Assembly (NCBI GenBank): GCA_050298595.1
Contig: JBNKUM010000044.1
Location: forward strand, 1 to 15,544
DNA from: Gammaproteobacteria bacterium
GTDB lineage: Bacteria; Pseudomonadota; Gammaproteobacteria; GCA-001735895
Reading direction: 5' to 3'
DNA length: 15,544 nucleotides
Numbering within the stretch: position 1 is the first letter of the stretch; the number at the start of each line of letters is the position of its first letter. A program made the position numbers and the translations under genes. Below the pieces are notes generated by a model. It had not been told where the DNA came from. It worked only from the letters and a program-made list of their open reading frames with translations, and ran no database searches. Positions 1 through 6,906 of the stretch are shown piece by piece.

Positions 1-915
1 AATGACCTATCGCTGACCCTCAAGGCTTTATCAAAATATAAGCGTCGGCTTAAAGGCATTGCGATCGAGTCCACCTTCAACTGGTACTGGCTAGTCGATC
101 GGCTGATGGAGGCCGGATATCCTGTCGATCTGGTCAACACCACCAAGGTGGTTCAATATCAGGGACTCAAGCACAGTAACGACCGTTACGACGCCTTCCA
201 TCTGGGCCACCTGATGCGCCTGGGCATCCTGCCGACCGGCTATATCTATCCGAAAGAGCAACGCGGATTGCGCGACCTGCTACGCAAGCGTATGCAACTG
301 GTGCAGAATCGCAGCAGTCATATCATTCGCTTTAAATCGATGCTGCACAATCATCTGGGACAAACCGAGCGGGCTGATAAGATCAAGTCACCGAAATACC
401 AAATTCCTGATTTACCCGATGCCAACGTCAAACTAGCACTCAGTAGCCATCTAAGCATGGTACGGGCCTACAGCCAACAAATCCGCACGCTGGAAAAGGT
501 CACCGTGCAACAACTGAGGGAAAGCCCAGAACTGGATCGACTGAAGACCGTACCGGGCATCGGTGACATTCTGGCGCAAACCATCTGGCTCGAGACCGGA
601 GATATCGAGCGCTTTAAAGGTCCCGGTCAATTCGCCTCCTACTGCCGCTGCGTCAGCAGCCGGCGGGAAAGCAATGGCAAGAAGAAAGGTGAGAACAACC
701 GCAAGAACGGCAACAAGTACCTGGCCTGGGCCATGATCGAAGCAGCCAACTTCGCCATTATTCATAGTGAGAAAGCGAAGCGCTACTACCAGAAGAAGAC
801 AGCTGCGACTCACATTCTGGTCGCCAGGAAGGCGCTGGCTCACAAATTGGCCCGGGCCTGTTACTGGATGCTTAAACGGCAGAAGCCTTACGACGAAAAG
901 CGGTTGTTTCACTGA
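1..915 (+). CDS. IS110-family transposase/recombinase, 5' end outside the window
   Basis: The frame of ORF 106..915 is open from base 1 (NDLSLTLKALSKYKRRLKGIAIESTFNWYWLVDRLMEAGY...). It has DEDD RuvC-like motifs (IES; KHSNDRYDA) and C-terminal Transposase_20-type motifs (LKTVPGIG, FASYC, RESNGK with the putative catalytic Ser, GNKYL, ALAHKLAR). Confidence 0.95.
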   Translation, partial: NDLSLTLKALSKYKRRLKGIAIESTFNWYWLVDRLMEAGYPVDLVNTTKVVQYQGLKHSNDRYDAFHLGHLMRLGILPTGYIYPKEQRGLRDLLRKRMQLVQNRSSHIIRFKSMLHNHLGQTERADKIKSPKYQIPDLPDANVKLALSSHLSMVRAYSQQIRTLEKVTVQQLRESPELDRLKTVPGIGDILAQTIWLETGDIERFKGPGQFASYCRCVSSRRESNGKKKGENNRKNGNKYLAWAMIEAANFAIIHSEKAKRYYQKKTAATHILVARKALAHKLARACYWMLKRQKPYDEKRLFH

Positions 916-1325
916 GTATGAAAGCGTCGGGAAACCATGCAAAGGGTTGGCTAAAAAACCGTGAGTCTGATTGGCCTGGCGCTTTCTCTACCGAGTTAAA
1001 CGATATTGTGCCCATGTATTGATCCCTACAGGGTTGGTTCTGCAGAAGTGTAGTTTTGTTCTGCAAGGCCGCGGGTCTGATATTCCATTGGACGATGCAT
1101 GGTACCGATATTTTTCTGGGGCGAAAGCCAGGGCTGTTTGCAGCTTGATCCTGATGGGTTATCGGCATGGATGCCGTGTATAGCGTTTTTGCAGGAGCAA
1201 AAAACGATGACTGGTGCACGATATTTATAGCACCCACCGAATGAGAATGCGGGCGCAGGATGTCAATTACCTCGGCTACTACTATGGCCCGTATATTATC
1301 GGGAGGATATTTTTGTGCCTCCGCT
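916..1325 (+). ncRNA. Candidate bridge/seek-type guide RNA in the IS110 3' non-coding end
   Basis: Many stems: 921-930/976-985 (with G-U pairs), 1041-1047/1059-1065, 1105-1110/1160-1165, cgtttttgc/gcaaaaaacg near 1184-1206, ggtgc/gcacc near 1213-1234, ggagg/cctcc near 1302-1322. AGGGYTG...CTGAT modules recur. IS110-family non-coding ends are known to encode guide RNAs. Confidence 0.65.
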
Positions 1326-1330
1326 TGACA
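1325..1330 (+). promoter_or_regulatory. Outward-facing -35 hexamer (TTGACA) of the IS110 circle-junction promoter
   Basis: Perfect TTGACA near the inferred right end. No -10 lies at 17-nt spacing in the present flank, as expected if the -10 comes from the left end after circularisation. Confidence 0.55.
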
Positions 1331-1359
1331 AACTGCCTAATGGGTGACCCTTATGGCAG

Positions 1360-1463
1360 CATAAACGCTGTGTTAATTGGTCTGGGGGAGATGGCGAAAT
1401 TTTTGCGTATTTTAGCAAAAATAGCGACAACTTACCCAAACACAATTGAACACCTTGTTAGCT
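1360..1463 (-). other. Integron attC recombination site (104 bp)
   Basis: The minus strand reads R'' AGCTAAC, 5 nt, L'' GTTCAATTG ... ATTTTTGC-N8-GCAAAAAT ... L' CAATTAAC, 5 nt, R' GTTTATG. L'' equals the reverse complement of L' plus one extra C, the hallmark extrahelical G on the recombining strand. The site begins 6 nt after the stop codon of 1470..2054. Confidence 0.88.
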
Positions 1464-2093
1464 TTTGAGTTAGAAAAAATACCGTACTATCATTCTTGTG
1501 TTGGTACTCTGACCCCTATTCTTAACAGTCGATTTTTCAATATAATGTTCAGGACTTCCATTATCCAGTTTTTGTTCCCCGCTAAGATCATAAAATGCCC
1601 ATTCAGCCTCAAAACCTACTGTCAAATCTTGGAAAATAGAATAATCAAAACCAACAACAGGTGCATAATTGAAACCAGTCAATTTTTCTTCTGAACTACT
1701 GACATAAGTCCCAGTAGTTGCGTTGCCTCGTTTTTGTTTAGTATATGAGACTCTCAAACCAAAATATGTTCCTATGCTGTCATTAATATTACGAGATTTA
1801 AAAAAACCTGTACCTATATTTAAAGTAGAAAAATTGTTTTTATGAGAGGTTCCATACTCTTCAACATCATTGCCATACTCATCTTTATAGTAGGTGAGAA
1901 ATGGTTCTACCCTATAAGACTCCTGAATTTTTATCGGTAGATATGCAGATCTTGTATCCGAGGTTACTGATACCCCAAGACCAACATTTTCAGCTATCAC
2001 TGCAGGTGATATCAACATACATCCGAACAATATAGATAAAGTTTCCTTTCTCATTACGTCTCCAATTTTGAATTTTTAAGAATAGAAAGCTAA
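1366..2093 (-). mobile_element. Integron gene cassette carrying the outer-membrane beta-barrel gene
   Basis: It starts at G|TTAGCTTT (minus strand, 2094-2086), the exact complement of the AAAGCTAAC at its own attC R'' (1465-1457), as expected for a cassette that was once circular. It holds a single AT-rich ORF with a short leader. Confidence 0.82.
1470..2054 (-). CDS. Outer-membrane beta-barrel (porin-family) protein
   Basis: Sec signal peptide (MRKETLSILFGCMLISPAVIA|E), alternating amphipathic beta-strands, and a C-terminal VRYFF BAM-type signal. AT-rich. Confidence 0.8.
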   Translation of the reverse strand: MRKETLSILFGCMLISPAVIAENVGLGVSVTSDTRSAYLPIKIQESYRVEPFLTYYKDEYGNDVEEYGTSHKNNFSTLNIGTGFFKSRNINDSIGTYFGLRVSYTKQKRGNATTGTYVSSSEEKLTGFNYAPVVGFDYSIFQDLTVGFEAEWAFYDLSGEQKLDNGSPEHYIEKSTVKNRGQSTNTRMIVRYFF

Positions 2094-2404
2094 CATTATT
2101 GGGGTGATCCATTTTTTGCTCAGTCCCTGATGCTGCTTCGATGGCGTTTTTCCAATTTACTCACCGCCCCCTGCTAACGTTTAATTATTTCAGGGTAAGT
2201 TTACGGGATTTTCCAGGCCTTGAACATAGCTATCCATCAAGCCTTCTCTAGCCTGTCACCAGTACGCCTGCTTTTAGTGTTTTAGATCAGTCCATATCGT
2301 CAACTCGGTAAGGATTGACTCCAGAGACTGACTGGGGCGGTCGGCTGTTTGAAGATTAATATCCTTGCCGCAAGCTACTTAATTGGAATGTCGTTATTCT
2401 AGGC

Positions 2405-2463
2405 TTCCTGCCCTCCACCCTTCGGGCCAGTAGAGCTGTTCAAAATTGATCCTGACAATTTTG
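2405..2463 (+). repeat. Small palindromic intergenic repeat
   Basis: Perfect 8-bp hairpin CAAAATTG-atcctga-CAATTTTG (2441-2463) preceded by TCCTGCCC...CCCTTCGGG. It resembles gammaproteobacterial intergenic repeats (recollection, not searched). Confidence 0.45.
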
Positions 2464-2489
2464 TGGTTACTTCTTTCAACTGTATATGT

Positions 2490-2514
2490 ATTCCCACGCG
2501 GAGCATGGGAACGA
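2490..2514. repeat. REP-like palindrome
   Basis: TTCCCACGC-GGA-GCATGGGAA (2491-2511), 8/9 paired. It resembles the CGTTCCCACGCTCCGCGTGGGAA REP-type repeat of Gammaproteobacteria. Confidence 0.65.
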
Positions 2515-2519
2515 GGAAT

Positions 2520-2563
2520 ATGGATGTAGGTGTTAGGGCGAAGCAGGAAGTCAGAGCCGTGCT
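2520..2563 (-). repeat. Copy A of a ~45-50 nt dispersed mini-element, 3'-truncated
   Basis: Minus strand AGCACGG-ctctgact-TCCTGC-ttcgccctaac-ACCTACATCCAT aligns with the copies at 2751-2797 and 14811-14859. Confidence 0.65.
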
Positions 2564-2743
2564 TGTGACGTGGCAACCTCTTTGGTAGTGGGAATTCGGC
2601 AAGGTAAGAGCTTCCATCCTCAGGTCCGAAACGGTACATACTTGTGCCACTCCTGCCGTGCGAAGGTTATGCCCTCTCAGTATTTGCGGATGACAGTTTT
2701 CTACTTAAGTAAGTGCCATTATACTCTGTGACCTCTGTGTTCT

Positions 2744-2838
2744 CGGCAACAGCTCGGTAACTCCTGCGTTACTCTATCACCTACATCCGTATAGGCGTCC
2801 TGCGTTGCCCTACTTACGGGCGTCCTGCCCTATTTCGT
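2744..2838 (+). repeat. Nested mini-elements: copy B (2751-2797) inside copy C
   Basis: Copy B is AGCTCGGTAAC-TCCTGC-GTTACTCTATCACCTACATCCGTATAGGCG. Removing it restores CGGCAAC-TCCTGC-GTTGCCCTAC, a hairpin colinear with copy B itself. A CTCTGTG direct repeat (2724-2730, 2733-2739) precedes it. Confidence 0.65.
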
Positions 2839-2862
2839 GGATTATTCATCAAAAACAGACAA

Positions 2863-4125
2863 CTAAAAATAATCCTTAAAGAATTCTACTGGCACCCGTT
2901 CACCAGCCTTAACACTCCCGCTATCTTCCGGCAGCACAATGAAACAGTTAGCCATTTGCATAGAAGATAAAATACCCGAGCCCTGCTTTCCAGTGAGTAC
3001 AACCGTTAGATTACCTTCTGCATCACTACTGGCTATTGCCCGCTGGAATTCTCTACGCCCTGCACTTTTCCGAATGGGTGATTCAGCAATGGCTGAAAAG
3101 CGAATGGGTGGCCGGTAGGTTTTACCCGATAGCTTAATCAGGCAGGGCAAAACGAACTGATAAAATGTCACCATCACAGCAACCGGGTTACCAGGCAGAC
3201 CGAAAAACAACGCATCATTAATCTTACCAAAGGTTAGAGGTCGGCCCGGTTTCATGGCTATCTTCCAGAAATCTATATTACCAATTTCCTTTAATATCCC
3301 CTTGATATAATCCGCTTCACCTACCGATACACCACCCGAGGTTATGATTACATCGGAGCTACTGGCTGCTGACATCAATGCCTGTCGAATACTTTGCGGA
3401 TCATCTTTAATCACGCCCATATCGATGATATCGACATGGCATTGAGACAATAGGCCATACAGGCTGTAACGATTGCTGTCATAGATTTCACCCTTTTGTA
3501 AGGTCTGTCCAATCGACTTCAACTCATCACCGGTAGAGAAGAAACTGACACGCGGTTTTCGATGAACCTTACACTCACCCAGACCCAGAGATGACAGTAC
3601 ACCCAGCTCGGCTGCTCCAATTACGTGACCCGCAGATATGACAGTACGGCCCTTTTTTATATCTTCACCCGCATAACGCACATTCTGCTGCTTGCGATGT
3701 CCTGTACCAATCTCAACATGAGTTTCATCAAGCACCCTGGCCTGCTCCTGAATGACGATGCTATCGGTATCTTCAGGCATCACCGCTCCAGTCATTATAC
3801 GGATGCACTGATTCTCTTCGCAACTGCCGTTATACGGGCGACCGGCAAAAGCAGTACCAATAACCTGAAAAGACTTAGCGGCATCCTGCGGTAAATCAAT
3901 GCTGCGAACGGCATAGCCATCCATTGCTGAATTGTCATGTGCAGGTACATCAAGCGGAGAATGGATGTCCTGATAGGTAACCCGGTTTAAGCAATCACGA
4001 AGATTGAGCTGATTAAAATCAGCAAGGGCATTTGTATTTTGCAGAATTTTATCAACTGCCTCGGCTACTGTGATGGAGTCTTTCTCAAATGGGTCCATAC
4101 AACTACCTGGATTTTCTGAAGTCAT
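2863..4125 (-). CDS. moeA: Molybdopterin molybdo/tungstotransferase MoeA (gephyrin-like)
   Basis: Motifs DNSAMDGYAV, RIMTGA, STGDEL, IYDSN, TSGGVSVG, KPGRP, GLPGNP, QGSGILSSM. Confidence 0.96.
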   Translation of the reverse strand: MTSENPGSCMDPFEKDSITVAEAVDKILQNTNALADFNQLNLRDCLNRVTYQDIHSPLDVPAHDNSAMDGYAVRSIDLPQDAAKSFQVIGTAFAGRPYNGSCEENQCIRIMTGAVMPEDTDSIVIQEQARVLDETHVEIGTGHRKQQNVRYAGEDIKKGRTVISAGHVIGAAELGVLSSLGLGECKVHRKPRVSFFSTGDELKSIGQTLQKGEIYDSNRYSLYGLLSQCHVDIIDMGVIKDDPQSIRQALMSAASSSDVIITSGGVSVGEADYIKGILKEIGNIDFWKIAMKPGRPLTFGKINDALFFGLPGNPVAVMVTFYQFVLPCLIKLSGKTYRPPIRFSAIAESPIRKSAGRREFQRAIASSDAEGNLTVVLTGKQGSGILSSMQMANCFIVLPEDSGSVKAGERVPVEFFKDYF

Positions 4126-4685
4126 AGCTGATTAATTTTTTTCGTGTAATCTTCTTCTGTTATCAAATTCAGACGTTTGCAAATAAATTTTGCTATCTGT
4201 TCTGGTTTATTGATGTCCAGAAGCGGTAAGTCTTTGGTCATAATTACTGGTTGATCGGTAGCCAGTGCGACAATATCATTATCCTGCTGATACAGAAATG
4301 GCTTCTTCAGATCGGCTCTATGTAATTCTATCTTGTCAAAATGTTCACGCTTAAATCCTTCCACCAAAATCAGGTCAAGACGACTATGATCCAGCTCATC
4401 GATCAATTCACTCAAGCTTGATTCTGGCTGATCACCGTACTCGGTAATCAACGCTTTGCGCTTTTGTGATGATATTAATACCTGATAAGTATCTGCTTTG
4501 CGTATTTCAAAGCTATCTTTACCCGGTTGATCGATATCAAAACCCTCATGAGCATGTTTGATCACTGCCAGGCGCAGCTTGAACAACCGGAGTAATGGAA
4601 TCACTTTAGTCAGCAAAGTGGTCTTGCCGGTGCCGCTATAAGCTGAAAATCCAATAACAGGAGTCTGGTGTTTATTATTTGGCAT
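4122..4685 (-). CDS. mobB: Molybdopterin-guanine dinucleotide biosynthesis protein B
   Basis: Walker A (AYSGTGKTT), IKHAH, DQPGKDS, LILVEGFK. It overlaps moeA by 4 nt. Confidence 0.95.
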   Translation of the reverse strand: MPNNKHQTPVIGFSAYSGTGKTTLLTKVIPLLRLFKLRLAVIKHAHEGFDIDQPGKDSFEIRKADTYQVLISSQKRKALITEYGDQPESSLSELIDELDHSRLDLILVEGFKREHFDKIELHRADLKKPFLYQQDNDIVALATDQPVIMTKDLPLLDINKPEQIAKFICKRLNLITEEDYTKKINQL

Positions 4686-4688
4686 GGA

Positions 4689-5276
4689 TCAACTGAACTC
4701 CTGAATATCTTCAGGTGTATTAATGTTAGTGAATAAACGGGTTGTTGCATCAAATTCAACCAGAGTATATTGATGTTCTTTATACCAGCGATCTATCTTG
4801 CGCTCACCGTCCTTAAGATACTGTTCAAGACTGGTGCGCAAAGTAACGGGTAATAATGCATATACAGGCTGCATTCGTTCACCATCTGATGCAATCGCCA
4901 TTTCGCTATCAGTGCTGTTAATCGCATTGACCATGGTCACCAGATAATCATCGACCATAAAAGGACCATCGCAGGGTAAGGTAAGAATATAGTCTGTGTT
5001 TGCAACTGCCATAGCAGAATAAAATCCGGCCAATGGCCCCTGAAAATCACTCAGACTATCTTCAACAATGGGATAACCAAACTGAGAATAGACTTCAATG
5101 TTACGATTGGCATTTATCAAAATATTATCCGTTTGCTGAGAAATTCCTGCAATGACATGTTCAATCAATGTGCCATTTTTATATTTCACCAGTCCCTTAT
5201 CCTGGCCACCCATACGGCGACCCATACCACCTGCCAGAATGACAGCGGTTACATTTTTAGCGCTTATTGTTTTCAT
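4689..5276 (-). CDS. mobA: Molybdenum cofactor guanylyltransferase
   Basis: ILAGGMGRRMGGQDKGL, NANRN, GPLAG, PCDGP, NINTPED. Confidence 0.96.
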   Translation of the reverse strand: MKTISAKNVTAVILAGGMGRRMGGQDKGLVKYKNGTLIEHVIAGISQQTDNILINANRNIEVYSQFGYPIVEDSLSDFQGPLAGFYSAMAVANTDYILTLPCDGPFMVDDYLVTMVNAINSTDSEMAIASDGERMQPVYALLPVTLRTSLEQYLKDGERKIDRWYKEHQYTLVEFDATTRLFTNINTPEDIQEFS

Positions 5277-5974
5277 TGACTCACGTAGGTTTTCTGTTCA
5301 ACAGCATGTAGAACAGCATTCAGCATAAAGGCCAGTAGCATCAGCACGATGCCCAGCGCTATACCTTGCGAAAAATTACCTTTACTAGTTTCCAGTGCAA
5401 TCGCTGTTGGTATGTTTCGAGTGTAATTCATAATATTACCGCCCAGCATCATGGATGCACCGACTTCGGCAATGATACGCCCGTAAGCCGCCAGTAAAGC
5501 GGTCAATAATCCAAATCGGACTTCAAATATCAAGGTAAAAAAAGCTCTGACAGGACCTGCTCCCAGTGTCCTGGCAGTTTCCCAGGCACGGTTATCCAGC
5601 GCCTGAAATGAGGCTAAAGACATAGAAACAAGAATTGGAAAACTCAGAATAAACTGTCCTATGATCATCGCCGTCTGTGTAAACAACAGACGAAAATCAC
5701 CTAACGGCCCCTGACGAGATAAAATAATGAATAAGGTTAAACCTACAACCACTGCGGGTATGGATAACATTGCACTAAAAAAAGAGATGAGCCATTTTCG
5801 GCCAGGGAAGCGTGTATGAGCAAGAATAAAAGAGGTTAATAAGGCAGGAGGTACCGCAGAGACAATCGCAACCGTAGATACTTCAAATGAAATCCCAATA
5901 ATACCCCAGATAGTAGTATCGCCGGTTACCAATAGCCTGAGGGCTTCTAATGTTGCATCGCTTAACGATTCCAT
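5273..5974 (-). CDS. tupB: Tungstate ABC transporter permease
   Basis: Hydrophobic permease with PAVVVGL, GPLG..LLFT, an EAA-like loop, EVGASMMLGGNI and TAIALETSKG. RBS GAAGGTG. It overlaps mobA by 4 nt. Confidence 0.9.
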   Translation of the reverse strand: MESLSDATLEALRLLVTGDTTIWGIIGISFEVSTVAIVSAVPPALLTSFILAHTRFPGRKWLISFFSAMLSIPAVVVGLTLFIILSRQGPLGDFRLLFTQTAMIIGQFILSFPILVSMSLASFQALDNRAWETARTLGAGPVRAFFTLIFEVRFGLLTALLAAYGRIIAEVGASMMLGGNIMNYTRNIPTAIALETSKGNFSQGIALGIVLMLLAFMLNAVLHAVEQKTYVSQ

Positions 5975-6410
5975 ATCACCTTCACTTTATTGAGTCGTTT
6001 GATTAAATACAAGGTAGTGTTCCGATTCTCTTACTAGTGGCTACTTAGAGGATATATTACCAGCCAATCGCCTGAATATGGGATATAAAAAAACATCAAC
6101 ATTGATTAGCAAGGATGTTAATATTTAATTAATTTATTTTATAAGAAATTAAAAAATCCCTACAAAATCAATCTAATTCACAACAAAAATGAATATTAAA
6201 TAGATTTTTCGTCATATAACATACTAAACCCTCATCAAATTAATTTATTATTAGCTAAACAGCCATTGAATATATCACTTTGCAATTAGCAAAACGTTTG
6301 GAATATCATCCTGTTAGAGTTATGTTGGCTTTATACTCGATATAAATAATACCTAATACCAATCGAGCAACATAGTTTCAAAAAATAAAAACACCTCCTG
6401 GAGGAGTCTG
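5975..6410. promoter_or_regulatory. AT-rich divergent promoter region between tupB and the aor operon
   Basis: 436-nt ORF-free, very AT-rich region between divergent starts. A GGAGGAG RBS lies just before 6411. Individual promoter boxes were not resolved. Confidence 0.6.
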
Positions 6411-6893
6411 ATGCAAAAATCCCTACACATTGACCCGGTAAAATGTACGGGTTGCGTTCAATGCGAGATGGCCTGTTCGTTTGAACACACAGGCTTATTT
6501 AACCCCTCACGATCTTACATCAAGGTCTTTAACTTTCATCACGAAGGGCGCTTCGCACCCTACACCTGCACCCAATGCGATGAAGCCTGGTGTCAACGGG
6601 CCTGTCCGGTTGATGCAATCAGCCTGGATAGTGCAACCGGTGCTAAAGTGGTTTCCGAATCACGTTGTGTCGGCTGCAAGGTCTGCACCATCGCCTGCCC
6701 CTTTGGCACAATCAACTATTCGCAAGCCACCCACAAGGTGGTCAAGTGTGACCTGTGCGGCGGCGATCCAGCCTGTGCTAAGGCTTGTCCGACCGCAGCC
6801 ATCACCTATATAGACGCGGACTGGACCGGTTATGATCGTATGATGGCTTCAGCATCCAGAAGCCTGCCATCTACCGAAGCCAATGCATCCTAA
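6411..6893 (+). CDS. aorA: 4Fe-4S dicluster electron-transfer subunit of aldehyde oxidoreductase (AorA-like)
   Basis: Four Cys clusters (CTGCVQCEMAC, CTQCDEAWCQRACP, CVGCKVCTIACP, CDLCGGDPACAKACP), directly upstream of the AOR gene. Confidence 0.9.
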   Translation: MQKSLHIDPVKCTGCVQCEMACSFEHTGLFNPSRSYIKVFNFHHEGRFAPYTCTQCDEAWCQRACPVDAISLDSATGAKVVSESRCVGCKVCTIACPFGTINYSQATHKVVKCDLCGGDPACAKACPTAAITYIDADWTGYDRMMASASRSLPSTEANAS

Positions 6894-6906
6894 GGAGGAA
6901 TGAATT

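Larger units (their letters stand above)
1..1347 (+). mobile_element. IS110-family insertion sequence, right part; right end estimated at ~1345-1347
   Basis: The transposase is followed by a long structured non-coding tail with an outward TTGACA at 1325-1330. IS110 elements form a promoter at the circle junction, which places the end ~15-17 nt downstream. The exact boundary is inferred. Confidence 0.7.

Noticed and set aside
451-1694. ORFs 451..942, 767..964, 872..1237, 971..1183, 1214..1468 and 1446..1694
   Set aside because: They are shadows of the transposase or OMP gene, or they cross the structured IS end and the attC. None has recognisable motifs.
2394-2650. Two ~80-aa minus-strand ORFs
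   Set aside because: They read through a mosaic of palindromic repeats and show no protein features.
2520-2720. tRNA-Sec, group II intron domain V or another structured RNA
   Set aside because: No cloverleaf, T-loop or complete domain V helix was found. GAGCCG at 2554-2559 is the end of mini-element copy A.
2724-2838. Possible CRISPR array (recurring TCCTGCGTT/TCCTGCCC)
   Set aside because: The repeats are under 10 nt identical and irregularly spaced, there are no cas genes, and nested mini-elements explain them.
6200-6345. ModE-like boxes (CGTCATATA near 6210; GTTATGTTGGCTTTATACTCG near 6319) and a sigma-54 promoter
   Set aside because: Only half-site or poorly spaced matches in very AT-rich DNA, and no TGGCAC-N5-TTGC.
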